From Patescibacteria group bacterium (GTDB lineage Bacteria > Patescibacteriota > Minisyncoccia > Phycocordibacterales > UBA9973): a DNA stretch of 64,000 nt. The stretch's first letter is position 1. Each line of letters begins with the position of its first letter. The DNA lies in the NCBI GenBank assembly GCA_028868715.1, contig JAGWUB010000001.1, positions 247,206 to 311,205 of the forward strand, in the 5' to 3' direction. Made by a program: the position numbers and the translations under genes. Positions 20,723 through 29,588 of the stretch are shown piece by piece. The notes under the pieces were generated by a model that was not told where the DNA came from, did not search any database, and was given only the letters and a program-made list of their open reading frames with translations.

Positions 20723-21571
20723 ATGAAAAAACAAAAAATTTCAAGGAAGAGGAGATCTACCTTTGGCCGAAAACTAAAACTTCTTCTTGTGTTATTCTTT
20801 TTCGTAGCTGGCGGATTGTTTTACATAATTTTTCATTATGGTTTTGACCCGGCTCTTTTGGCAAAATTGTCATTTTACATAGATCTAGCTAATCCCTCTG
20901 TAAAAATTGTAAGAGTAGAAGAAGGTTTACGCAAGGAAGAGATTGCACAGGTTATGGCAGACAAGCTTGGCTGGGATGAGAAGGGTAAGTTAAGCTTCAT
21001 CAACGCAGAGCTTGCTCTAAATGACACAAATGCTGAGGGGCACTATTTTCCGGAAACATATCTGATCAACAAAGATGCCACTCCTACTGAAGTTAGTACT
21101 ATGATGTTTGATGAATTCTCAAAACAAACTGATAAAATTTTAAAACCGGCTACCAAAAAATCCAAGCAAATAATTAATCAAGATGCAGTGGTAACGATTG
21201 CCTCTATCATCCAACGAGAGTCTAACGGTAAAGGCGACATGAAATTAATTTCAGGTATTATCTGGAATCGTATTTTTAGCGGAATGAAATTACAAATGGA
21301 TGCCACGTTGCAATATGCAAAGGGAAATGAACAAAATGGTTGGTGGGGACAGGTTTCTCCTGAAGACAAAAAGATAGAATCTGCTTACAATACTTACCTA
21401 CATACTGGCTTTCCACCTGGAGCCATTGCCAATCCGGGGATAGCTGCCATTGACGCCGCCTACAATCCACAAAAAACAGACTGCCTTTTTTACTTACATG
21501 ACAAAAATAGACAAATTCATTGCGCCAAAACCTACGAAGAGCATAAGAAGAACATAGATAAATACTATTAA
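20723..21571 (+). CDS. mltG: endolytic murein transglycosylase (YceG/MltG family)
   Basis: It has an N-terminal TM helix and YceG-like motifs: EGHYFPETY, IASIIQRES, LQMDATLQY and YNTYLHTGFPPGAIANPG. Confidence 0.85.
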   Translation: MKKQKISRKRRSTFGRKLKLLLVLFFFVAGGLFYIIFHYGFDPALLAKLSFYIDLANPSVKIVRVEEGLRKEEIAQVMADKLGWDEKGKLSFINAELALNDTNAEGHYFPETYLINKDATPTEVSTMMFDEFSKQTDKILKPATKKSKQIINQDAVVTIASIIQRESNGKGDMKLISGIIWNRIFSGMKLQMDATLQYAKGNEQNGWWGQVSPEDKKIESAYNTYLHTGFPPGAIANPGIAAIDAAYNPQKTDCLFYLHDKNRQIHCAKTYEEHKKNIDKYY

Positions 21572-21614
21572 ATAGTTTGCTTTTTTATTAAAATGCTATA
21601 AAATGATTTCATCT

Positions 21615-21688
21615 GGGCCCTTAGCTCATCTGGCTAGAGCGCCTCATTTGCAATGAGGAGGTGGCAGGTTCGAGTCCTGTAGGGTCCA
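21615..21688 (+). tRNA. tRNA-Ala (anticodon UGC)
   Basis: Cloverleaf with acceptor GGGCCCT/AGGGTCC including the G3:U70 Ala identity pair. Anticodon loop TTTGCAA. Confidence 0.88.
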
Positions 21689-21708
21689 CCGAAAAGTTAG
21701 TTATTTTT

Positions 21709-21783
21709 TCCGGGGTAGCTCAGCGGTAGAGCGGTCGCCTGTTAAGCGATTGGTCGTAGGTTCGATCCCTACCCCCGGAGCCA
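21709..21783 (+). tRNA. tRNA-Asn (anticodon GUU)
   Basis: Cloverleaf with acceptor TCCGGGG/CCCCGGA, anticodon loop CTGTTAA, T-loop TTCGATC and an encoded CCA. Confidence 0.88.
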
Positions 21784-21876
21784 AGAAGGATGAACATCTG
21801 CGAAAGCAGGTGATTTATACACTCTCAAGGGCATTGAAGTGACGGATGATTTAAATAAGATGATAAACGACATAAA

Positions 21877-22935
21877 CTAGTGTATTGTGCTGAAACTCTG
21901 AATATTGCTATTTATTATGGAGTTAGTAGAATCTTTTGATATTACTTTATAATAGTATTTTGTTGCAATATTTAAATTTGAAAGGTTTACAATATGGCTT
22001 GTGGTAGCACTTAGGCCATTTACAGTGGTCGTATTACCTGTAGGTAGACTTACGTCCGTTGAGTAATCAACCTCGCTTGTGGAAGCCACATTAGTTGTCC
22101 AAATAACAGTTGCAGATTTTTGAGCAATGTTCGTAACCCCAACGTTAGATATGGCAAGCTTTGGCGCTAGTGGCGTAGAGGTTGTACTTGGTAAAGGCAA
22201 GGATTGTATCCCAGAAGATTGGCTTTGCAAATCAACTATCTGTGATTGTACTGTCGCTATGTCGGAATATAACTGCGATATCTGATTTTGTATATCTGTT
22301 GTGTTTGTTGGAATGCCATTAGTGTCTGTTTGCGAAGTTTGATTCTGCAAATCTGGAATAGAGGAAATATCTATAGGCTCAAATGTAGTTGTAGCATTTT
22401 CCTGGTCAAGCTCAATCATTGACTCGTAAAATTTTTCTCTCGTAGTCGAATCAAAAACACCAGTTTCAGTTAACCCTGACTGTGATTGAAATTGCTTCAC
22501 CACTGTCTTTGTTACGGTATCGTATAATCCTGTAACTTTATCTAAAGTAACAGTATCAGAGGAATAAATATCTGGGAATTGAATTAACAATTCTTGAAGC
22601 TTGCTAACATCATCTCCCTTGTCTCCTAACTTTAGGTTTCTTTTAAAAATATTTCTCAAATTTATAATTTCAATCTGGGAACTTAAGTCAGCCAGTTGAG
22701 TATTCTCCGACTGAATCTGATTTTCAAGCTGTCCCAACGCATCTGCAATCGTAAGTGTTTGAGCGGTTCCCTTACTAGTATTATTTGCCGTGGAATCTGC
22801 TCCTTGTATGCCAATTGCACTCAAAGAATCACTAATGAAGCCTGAAAAGTTGCCGATTTTTTTAACCACTACAAAAAAAGTTATTACGAATATAATACAA
22901 ACTAGTGATACACCAAATATAGCCTTCCTTTTCAT
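21877..22935 (-). CDS. membrane-anchored surface protein with a peptidoglycan-binding (PG_binding_1-like) domain, a Ser/Thr/Gln-rich linker and a C-terminal FN3-like domain
   Basis: It has an N-terminal TM helix. The PG-binding pattern is LKLGDKGDDVSKLQELL...TVVKQFQSQSGLTETGVFD. The C-terminus is beta-rich. Confidence 0.55.
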   Translation of the reverse strand: MKRKAIFGVSLVCIIFVITFFVVVKKIGNFSGFISDSLSAIGIQGADSTANNTSKGTAQTLTIADALGQLENQIQSENTQLADLSSQIEIINLRNIFKRNLKLGDKGDDVSKLQELLIQFPDIYSSDTVTLDKVTGLYDTVTKTVVKQFQSQSGLTETGVFDSTTREKFYESMIELDQENATTTFEPIDISSIPDLQNQTSQTDTNGIPTNTTDIQNQISQLYSDIATVQSQIVDLQSQSSGIQSLPLPSTTSTPLAPKLAISNVGVTNIAQKSATVIWTTNVASTSEVDYSTDVSLPTGNTTTVNGLSATTSHIVNLSNLNIATKYYYKVISKDSTNSIINSNIQSFSTIH

Positions 22936-23254
22936 AATTGTTTATTATATCACAACTATTAAAGATCTATATTATACGCAATAACTACTTTGACGGATCG
23001 AGCTGAAACTCTCTCAAGTCTGGAGCCATATCTCTTATGTATAATGACCAAGGGGAGTAATTTACATAATTTAGAAAAATCAGTTAGTGATATCTCAAAG
23101 CTAGTTTACACTGAAGTAAACGCAGGTACCGATTAATATAAAATAATACTCAGATCCCACATTTGGTTTTTTGTATTTATGTGGTATAAACAAGGAGAAT
23201 TTAGTTCCTAATTTTTTGACAATTTAGTGGCATAGGCCACAAAAGGAGGTTAAT

Positions 23255-23617
23255 ATGTATAGCAATTTTAGAGTTATACTTATTTTCGACATAGAAGCAA
23301 AGCTAAGCAGACGACTCCAAAATTGGATGGAGGAGAATTTCCTGTTAGCGATTCAAAGGACAGAGTGCTTCTTTGTGGGATTTGATAAGGGTATGGACAG
23401 AGAAACCAAGAGTCGGGAATTTCTCCACACGCTTATTTATATACTCAAGCCAAAGGACGAAGATCACTGGCAGGTGTTTAAAGAAGAATTTAGACCAAGC
23501 TTCCAACAGCAATTTTTGGAAGAGTGGGGAAATCTCTTGAACACCAACCGGCTAGTCGCCCACAAGGAAGTGGTCTGCTGGCTTCGAGAAGACGGTAATG
23601 TTTCCTTGGACCACTAG
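23255..23617 (+). CDS. hypothetical protein in a higher-GC islet
   Basis: A perfect SD AAGGAGGT lies 7 nt upstream of the ATG. It is followed by a terminator hairpin. I recognise no domain. Confidence 0.5.
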   Translation: MYSNFRVILIFDIEAKLSRRLQNWMEENFLLAIQRTECFFVGFDKGMDRETKSREFLHTLIYILKPKDEDHWQVFKEEFRPSFQQQFLEEWGNLLNTNRLVAHKEVVCWLREDGNVSLDH

Positions 23618-23627
23618 CCACATCATC

Positions 23628-23681
23628 AAGCCACCCACACAAGAAAGCCTACTGGCATATCTTGCGGGTGGCTTTTCTTTT
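23628..23681 (+). terminator. terminator hairpin
   Basis: AAGCCACCC...GGGTGGCTT stem followed by TTTCTTTTT. Confidence 0.6.
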
Positions 23682-23754
23682 TAAGATAAAGTATTTGAGT
23701 TTATTAATTTGCCTTTAGCCACTATAGGTATATAGTTAAGCTGGAGGTGAATAA

Positions 23755-24150
23755 ATGAAAGCCAAATTAAAAATTTTGGCGACATTTTTCGCCAAAATAT
23801 CAGTAATAATTGTTCTCTTTAGTTTTGTGGTTGCTGGGCAAAAAAGCCCCGCAGCAATAAGGACGATCCTGATCCCAGTTTTGACTCATAACAGTCTTCA
23901 CACAGACGAAGAGGAATTGTGGTCAAGTGTCGAAGTAGAGTATATAACTTTAGTCGACATTCAAAATGGTGGGTTTATGCACTACAGAGACCCCCAAGGG
24001 GAGTTTCTGGCAATGGGTTGGGACCTAGGAACAACCTTTGATGTTCCGAAGAACAGAGGACGATTTACTCTTGAGGGATGCTTCTTGATGCTTTATTGCA
24101 AGAAGCACAAAATGGCCTATCTTCTCAGGCAGGTTCAGTGCCTAGAGTAG
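23755..24150 (+). CDS. hypothetical secreted or membrane protein in a higher-GC islet
   Basis: An SD GGAGGTG lies upstream. It has an N-terminal signal or TM segment. A 12-bp perfect hairpin terminator follows at 24165-24200. Confidence 0.5.
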   Translation: MKAKLKILATFFAKISVIIVLFSFVVAGQKSPAAIRTILIPVLTHNSLHTDEEELWSSVEVEYITLVDIQNGGFMHYRDPQGEFLAMGWDLGTTFDVPKNRGRFTLEGCFLMLYCKKHKMAYLLRQVQCLE

Positions 24151-24164
24151 ATTTTATTACAACA

Positions 24165-24200
24165 AGCTACATTGAGAACCAATCTCAATGTAGCTTTTCT
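24165..24200 (+). terminator. rho-independent terminator
   Basis: AGCTACATTGAG-AACCAAT-CTCAATGTAGCT followed by TTTTCT. Confidence 0.75.
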
Positions 24201-24248
24201 ATTTAAGGGAGGATTGCTAAAATTTACTCATTTTAATACAATATATCT

Positions 24249-24440
24249 ATGGAAAAAATGCCACAAAAAGATGAAGAGAAATTTAAAATTAAGTGCGCAA
24301 ATTGCTCAAAAGAGGTGGAAGTAGCGTTGTTTCCTTGGAGTGGTGGTGGTTATACAGCAATTTGTCCAGTCTGCGGAAAGCTTGCTTATAACAGTAAAGA
24401 AAAACCACGCTTGAATTTAATTCAAGATAACATCAAATAG
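24249..24440 (+). CDS. small zinc-ribbon protein (two CxxC pairs)
   Basis: CANCSKE...CPVCGK. Confidence 0.45.
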   Translation: MEKMPQKDEEKFKIKCANCSKEVEVALFPWSGGGYTAICPVCGKLAYNSKEKPRLNLIQDNIK

Positions 24441-24441
24441 C

Positions 24442-24684
24442 ATGCTTGAAAAACTTTTTCCACATACCCATCATCACCCAGGAGAATCATTTCGTAGATC
24501 CGTAGTTAAAACAGTCACCTATAGAGTGGCCATTTTAATTATAGACTTTACCGTAATTTATTTATTTACTAGGCAGGTAAAGATAGCCGTAGGATTTATG
24601 ATTTTGAGTAATATTTATACTTCAATTTCTTATTTTTTCCACGAGAGAATATGGGACAATATTAAGTGGGGTAAAATTACTTAA
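24442..24684 (+). CDS. DUF2061-like small membrane protein
   Basis: Pattern SFRRSVVKTVTYRVAILIIDFTVIYLFT...ISYFFHERIWDNIKWG. Confidence 0.55.
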   Translation: MLEKLFPHTHHHPGESFRRSVVKTVTYRVAILIIDFTVIYLFTRQVKIAVGFMILSNIYTSISYFFHERIWDNIKWGKIT

Positions 24685-24690
24685 ACATTC

Positions 24691-26529
24691 TTAACCACCA
24701 AAAAATTCTTTGTGCCAGATAGCAAGCATCAAAAGTGTGAAAACTTTTCTAGAATTTTTACCTACAGATGTTTGATGGAAAGCTAGCATTTCTTCGATAG
24801 TCTTCAGATTGAAGTTGGTTTTTATATAAGTATTTTCAAGTATAATTTTTTCAATTTCGGAAAATTTCTCTTTGATCATTGATCCGACTGGGGTAGGGAA
24901 GCCTAATTTTTTTCGTGTACGGGTTGCTTCCGGAACAATGTCTTTCATTGATTCTCGCAATAGATACTTGGTTTGACCATTTCTCCATTTCATATCATCC
25001 GCCAAGGTTGAAGCAAAATTTGACACATCTATATCTAGGAATGGCACTCTTAACTCTAAAGAATTCGCCATAGTCATTTTGTCAGCTTTGGCCAATATGT
25101 CTCCGACAAGCCAAGTATTGATATCAACATACTCCATTTTGTCAGAATCAGAAAAATCTTTTACTTGGTCATAGTAATTTTTTAAATTCATTCTTTCTAG
25201 TTTTTCTCCTTTCCAAAGTTTTTCAACTTCGCCTTGGTTGAAGATGGAAGCATTGCCGATGTACCAATCTTCTGTTTTTTGTAATGATCTTTTTAAAAAC
25301 TTTACCCCGCGCAAATTTGGGGAAATTTTATTTAAAATTACGATAAAAATTTTCCTTACAAATACAGGAATAATTTGTAATTTTTTTCTGGCTAACGGCT
25401 CTAAATAAATATTGTAGCCACCGAAAAGTTCATCTGCGCCCTCGCCAGAGAGAACAACCTTCACTTTCTTTCTGGCTTCGCGAGCCAGAAAATATAGCTG
25501 AATTGCAGAAGGGTCTGACACTGGTTCATCAAAATGCCAGACAATTTTAGGTAGAATATCAAAATACTCCTTCCAATTTAAAACAATCTCATGATGGTCT
25601 GATTGTATGACTTTTGCTAGGTCACGGGCGTTGTCCCACTCATTGGCTTCTTTAAATCCAACCGTAAAGGTAGATAGTTTTTCGCCTGTTTTCTTTTTCA
25701 CTTTTGAAGCTAGCGAGGCGATGATTCCACTATCAATTCCACCACTTAAAAAAGAACCTACCGGAACATCAGCAATCATATGAGCTGAAACAGAGTCAGC
25801 CATTATATTTTCCAATGTTTTTTTGCCATTTTCTAAATCAATAATTTCTGGTTTGAAACTAAATGACCAATATTTTTTATCTTCAAATGATTGATCAGCC
25901 AGATTTACTTTTAAATAATGCCCAGGCAAAAGCTTGAATATATTTTTAAAAAATGTTTCTGAGAGGGGATTATATTGAAAAAATAAATAATTATATACCG
26001 CTTCGTTATTCATTTCTTTTTTATATACTGGATGTTGCAATAGGCTTTTTATTTCAGAACCAAAGGCTAAAATTTGATTGTTTTGTTTTATATAATAAAG
26101 TGGTTTAATGCCAAAATAATCACGAGCAATAAAAACTGAATTTTCTTTCTTGTTAAAAATTGCAAAGGTAAACATTCCTCGCAATTTGCCCAGCATCAGT
26201 TCTTTCTCGGCTATATAAAGATTTAAAATAACCTCTGTATCAGTTTCTGTTTTAAATTTGAAACCTTTTTCCTGAAGTTCTTTCCGGAGAGCTATATAGT
26301 TATAAATTTCACCATTAAAAATTATTGTGTAATTACCATCATCAGAGCCGATTGGTTGCTTGCCAGTCTTTAGGTCGATAATGGAAAGACGGCGCATAGC
26401 TAAAGCTACATTTTCAGCATAAAAAAAACCATCATCATCCGGACCACGATGAGTTATAAGCTCATTCATTTTTTTGAGAGTTTCTTCTCTGTCTTTTGGG
26501 TTTCCAATTATTCCAACTATGCCACACAT
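24691..26529 (-). CDS. asnB: asparagine synthetase (glutamine-hydrolyzing)
   Basis: The N-terminus has the nucleophile MCGIVGIIG. A PP-loop SGGIDSG is present. Confidence 0.9.
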   Translation of the reverse strand: MCGIVGIIGNPKDREETLKKMNELITHRGPDDDGFFYAENVALAMRRLSIIDLKTGKQPIGSDDGNYTIIFNGEIYNYIALRKELQEKGFKFKTETDTEVILNLYIAEKELMLGKLRGMFTFAIFNKKENSVFIARDYFGIKPLYYIKQNNQILAFGSEIKSLLQHPVYKKEMNNEAVYNYLFFQYNPLSETFFKNIFKLLPGHYLKVNLADQSFEDKKYWSFSFKPEIIDLENGKKTLENIMADSVSAHMIADVPVGSFLSGGIDSGIIASLASKVKKKTGEKLSTFTVGFKEANEWDNARDLAKVIQSDHHEIVLNWKEYFDILPKIVWHFDEPVSDPSAIQLYFLAREARKKVKVVLSGEGADELFGGYNIYLEPLARKKLQIIPVFVRKIFIVILNKISPNLRGVKFLKRSLQKTEDWYIGNASIFNQGEVEKLWKGEKLERMNLKNYYDQVKDFSDSDKMEYVDINTWLVGDILAKADKMTMANSLELRVPFLDIDVSNFASTLADDMKWRNGQTKYLLRESMKDIVPEATRTRKKLGFPTPVGSMIKEKFSEIEKIILENTYIKTNFNLKTIEEMLAFHQTSVGKNSRKVFTLLMLAIWHKEFFGG

Positions 26530-26545
26530 ATATTTTTCATAAAAA

Positions 26546-27445
26546 TTATTCTACCACTACGGCTTGATTAGTAAGATTACCCAGCATGTTCATATGAGTC
26601 ATTAAACGTTTTGTGCTCCAATAAACACTTTCACCAGTCAGGGGATCATTCAAGAAAAAACCAACTGGGTTATCTTTATCACCAACGACCGATGTGATTA
26701 CTCGCACATGTTCTCCACGATAAGCTACGATTTTTTTACCTGCTTCTGTTTTCCATGAATATTTAATTATTGGTGATCCTGGATTAAAAAATCCCCAGAC
26801 AATGACCGGATGTTTTTCGTATATTTCAGAGGCTAAAAAAGTAGCTGAAACCCCGAGATAAGCTTTTGCCGTCCTCCCAAAAGAAATAGCAGCTTTGGCT
26901 ATCGGTGGGGCAAAAGTTCCATAACCACTTTTTGTCGTGTCATCAATAAAACCGACAAACATTTCGTTGGGGTCTCCCCAAATACCGTTGTCTGCGTCAA
27001 ACGCAACTGGGTCATAGCCAACTTGTTTTACGATGTCCATATCAGTCGCTTCAATGTTATAGTAGGCGAGAACCATGCGCAAAGATGCTTCCTCGCAACT
27101 TCTTGCATAACTTTGTTTTAAAATAGGAACGTTTAAGCTAACTACATTAAACAACGAAAGATCGGGAGGCACTTCTTTTTTTAAAGTAGCCATAAATGGG
27201 TCTGGCGGTATTGGCTTGGTGGCAGGTGCTGGCTCACCCTTGGTCGGTGTTTCTACTGGAACCGAAGCTGTACTTGTAGGGCTTATAGGAAGGGTATTAT
27301 CCTCCTTGGCGCTATAAAGCAAAGTTTGGTTTAAAATGGAAATTCTCTGGTGTTCCGCTAGGATATAAACTAGAAAGACTACAACCACCAAAGAAATCAA
27401 TATTTTTATATAAGTTGAAAAACTGGACATATAGTTGCTATTCAT
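26546..27445 (-). CDS. membrane-anchored protein with a papain-like Peptidase_C39-like domain
   Basis: It has an N-terminal TM helix. A YARSCEEASLRMVLAYY Cys pattern resembles the C39_2 catalytic region. Confidence 0.5.
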   Translation of the reverse strand: MNSNYMSSFSTYIKILISLVVVVFLVYILAEHQRISILNQTLLYSAKEDNTLPISPTSTASVPVETPTKGEPAPATKPIPPDPFMATLKKEVPPDLSLFNVVSLNVPILKQSYARSCEEASLRMVLAYYNIEATDMDIVKQVGYDPVAFDADNGIWGDPNEMFVGFIDDTTKSGYGTFAPPIAKAAISFGRTAKAYLGVSATFLASEIYEKHPVIVWGFFNPGSPIIKYSWKTEAGKKIVAYRGEHVRVITSVVGDKDNPVGFFLNDPLTGESVYWSTKRLMTHMNMLGNLTNQAVVVE

Positions 27446-27463
27446 TATACACTTTTTAACGAG

Positions 27464-28021
27464 ATGGAGAAGACTAAAGATATAGATAAAAATATCCTAA
27501 TTCGAGCCAAGACTGGAGACTTGGAAGCTTTCGAGTATATATTGTCTTTTTATGAAAAGGCCATATATAACTATTGTTTGCGGATGATAAAAAATTCTCA
27601 GAATGCAAAAGACATAACTCAAGAAACTTTTATAAAAGTATACACTCATCGTAAAGAAATAGATCCAGAAAAAAATATTAAAACTTGGATATTTACTATC
27701 GCCACAAATACCACGTATGATTTTATTAGAAGTAAAAAAAGAAAACGAGAAACGAGTTTGGATGAAAAAACTGAGAGGAATGAAACAATACCCAATCTCG
27801 AAGCGTATTACCCGAGAGAGGGACTTGTTTCTGATGTCGAGAGGGCTTTGGAGCAAATTAATCCCAAATACGGGGAAGCCCTTATCTTGTTTTATCAACA
27901 GGGTTTTGAATACAAGGAAATAGCCGAGATACTTAATATTCCCATCAATACAATCAAAACGCACATTAGCAGGGGCAAGGATCAATTAAAAGATATACTT
28001 AAAGAATATGGAAAAGATTGA
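27464..28021 (+). CDS. ECF-family sigma-70 factor
   Basis: Region 2 (DITQETFIKVYTH) and region 4 (ALILFYQQGFEYKEIAEILNIPINTIKTHISRGKDQLK). Confidence 0.85.
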   Translation: MEKTKDIDKNILIRAKTGDLEAFEYILSFYEKAIYNYCLRMIKNSQNAKDITQETFIKVYTHRKEIDPEKNIKTWIFTIATNTTYDFIRSKKRKRETSLDEKTERNETIPNLEAYYPREGLVSDVERALEQINPKYGEALILFYQQGFEYKEIAEILNIPINTIKTHISRGKDQLKDILKEYGKD

Positions 28022-28376
28022 CGAACAATTAAATAATCTTTCTTCAATGGAAGTTCCAGACAAGGTACATAACTCTGTGATGCAGAGAATTCACAATAGT
28101 CGCTTGCTACCAATGCTATTTATCATCTTTACTATTCTTGTACTCAGTCTTTTGATAAATATTTTTTATATAAACTCTAAATTAATAGATGTTGAGTTTG
28201 TTGACATGATGCGAGATTTTCTTGATGTCTTTAGTTTTAGTTTTGCTTTTATAAATGTAATGCTGGTAAGTTTTTTTGAAATAATCTCTCCGATGTTTGT
28301 CTTGTTTGCAGTCTTTTGTTTTATAGCGGCAATATATGTTATAAATAAAATTCGATTGTATCGACTTCCTAAATAA
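28008..28376 (+). CDS. putative membrane anti-sigma factor
   Basis: It overlaps the sigma gene stop by 14 nt. It is a small protein with TM helices. Confidence 0.5.
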   Translation: MEKIDEQLNNLSSMEVPDKVHNSVMQRIHNSRLLPMLFIIFTILVLSLLINIFYINSKLIDVEFVDMMRDFLDVFSFSFAFINVMLVSFFEIISPMFVLFAVFCFIAAIYVINKIRLYRLPK

Positions 28377-28385
28377 AGTTTCAAT

Positions 28386-28418
28386 AAAAAAAACACCCTA
28401 GCGAGGGTGTTTTTTTTA
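28386..28418. terminator. bidirectional rho-independent terminator
   Basis: A-run, CACCCT-AGCG-AGGGTG stem, then T-run. Confidence 0.75.
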
Positions 28419-28434
28419 TAATAATTAAGAATAA

Positions 28435-28995
28435 TTATTTCTTTGGGCAAGCTTTAACAGCAGCTGTGTATGCACTCCAAGCAGCTTTCACTGAAGCAGC
28501 TTGTGTAACAGCAATGCTCTTAAGAGCTGACTTGTAAGTCATATTAGCTGTCTTTACAGCAGATGCGTAAGCAGAGTTAGCTGTCTTTACAGCAGATGCG
28601 TAAGCAGAGTTAGCAGCTTTTAATGCAGCCGCACCAGCTACCTTGTCTGTATTTGCCTTAGCAGCAGCTACAGCAGTATCTCTGGTTGCTTTTGCAGCAG
28701 CAACAGCTGAAGTTCTAGCTGCTTTTGCTGTAGCAATAGCAGAATCTCTAGCAGTCTTTGCAGTATCTTTAGCTGCTTTTGCTGTATCGGAAGCCGCCTT
28801 AACAGCAGCGACACGAGCAGTTCTAGCGTTAGCTACACATACTTTTGGAGTTATAACTGTTGTATTACCTGTAGTTCCACCTGTTGTGCCTTGGGCAAAA
28901 GCAGATCCTGAGCTACCAAGTAAAAGGGCAATAGCTAAAACTGGGATCGCAAATTTCATTTTATTTGTCATATTTTTAGTAAGATTTATTAACAT
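28435..28995 (-). CDS. secreted alanine-rich repeat protein (amphipathic 11-residue repeats)
   Basis: Signal peptide MTNKMKFAIPVLAIALLLGSSGSAFA. Repeats of the A-K-A-A-x-D-T-A / SAYASAVKTAN type. Confidence 0.7.
   Translation of the reverse strand: MLINLTKNMTNKMKFAIPVLAIALLLGSSGSAFAQGTTGGTTGNTTVITPKVCVANARTARVAAVKAASDTAKAAKDTAKTARDSAIATAKAARTSAVAAAKATRDTAVAAAKANTDKVAGAAALKAANSAYASAVKTANSAYASAVKTANMTYKSALKSIAVTQAASVKAAWSAYTAAVKACPKK
28545..28610. repeat. perfect 33-nt tandem duplication inside the Ala-rich protein gene
   Basis: TTAGCTGTCTTTACAGCAGATGCGTAAGCAGAG occurs twice. It encodes SAYASAVKTAN twice. Confidence 0.85.
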
Positions 28996-29048
28996 ATTAA
29001 TTCGACCTTACCCTTAATACGTCAAGGTATACCATTTTGTTTCAATAT

Positions 29049-29057
29049 TGATATAAT
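29049..29057 (+). promoter_or_regulatory. extended -10 element (TGATATAAT) 9 nt upstream of the start codon, implying a leaderless transcript
   Basis: TGnTATAAT consensus. The ATG is at 29067. Confidence 0.5.
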
Positions 29058-29066
29058 ACAGACATA

Positions 29067-29582
29067 ATGCAAAAAGAGGTTATAAATAACGACAAAGTTC
29101 TATCTGAACAAAAGATAGAACACGAATTGTTTGATATTGGTATTTTACTTAAAGGTATTCATGCGCTCATAGAAATTATTGGTGGCGCGTTTACTTTTTT
29201 GATAAGCCCCCATTTTGTCTTGCGGATCGTTACCAAGATTACCCAAGGAGAACTTTTTGAAGATCCTAATGATTTTTTGACACGATATTTTGTTGACTTT
29301 GCTCACAGTATTTCGGTTGGCACCAAGCAATTTATCGCATTCTACTTACTTTCACACGGAATTACTAACTTGATCTTAGTGATAGGTCTTTTTAAAAAAA
29401 AGATTTGGGCGTATCATGCTTCATTTGTTGTGCTCACACTTTTTGCCCTTTATCAAATATACAGGTATATTTATCACCCCAGTATTTGGATGATTATATT
29501 AACTATCTTTGACTTCATAGTTCTATGGTTGATCTGGAGAGAGTATGAAAGAATAAAGGGTAAGTGGAAACCAATAATCTAG
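29067..29582 (+). CDS. DUF2127-like membrane protein
   Basis: Four TM helices. The C-terminus reads FDFIVLWLIWREYER. Confidence 0.5.
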   Translation: MQKEVINNDKVLSEQKIEHELFDIGILLKGIHALIEIIGGAFTFLISPHFVLRIVTKITQGELFEDPNDFLTRYFVDFAHSISVGTKQFIAFYLLSHGITNLILVIGLFKKKIWAYHASFVVLTLFALYQIYRYIYHPSIWMIILTIFDFIVLWLIWREYERIKGKWKPII

Positions 29583-29588
29583 AGAGTT

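Noticed and set aside
28545-28610. A tandem 33-nt direct repeat that could be mistaken for a mini-CRISPR.
   Set aside because: There are only two adjacent copies with no spacers. They lie inside a coding sequence and encode an exact peptide repeat. No cas genes are anywhere in the window.
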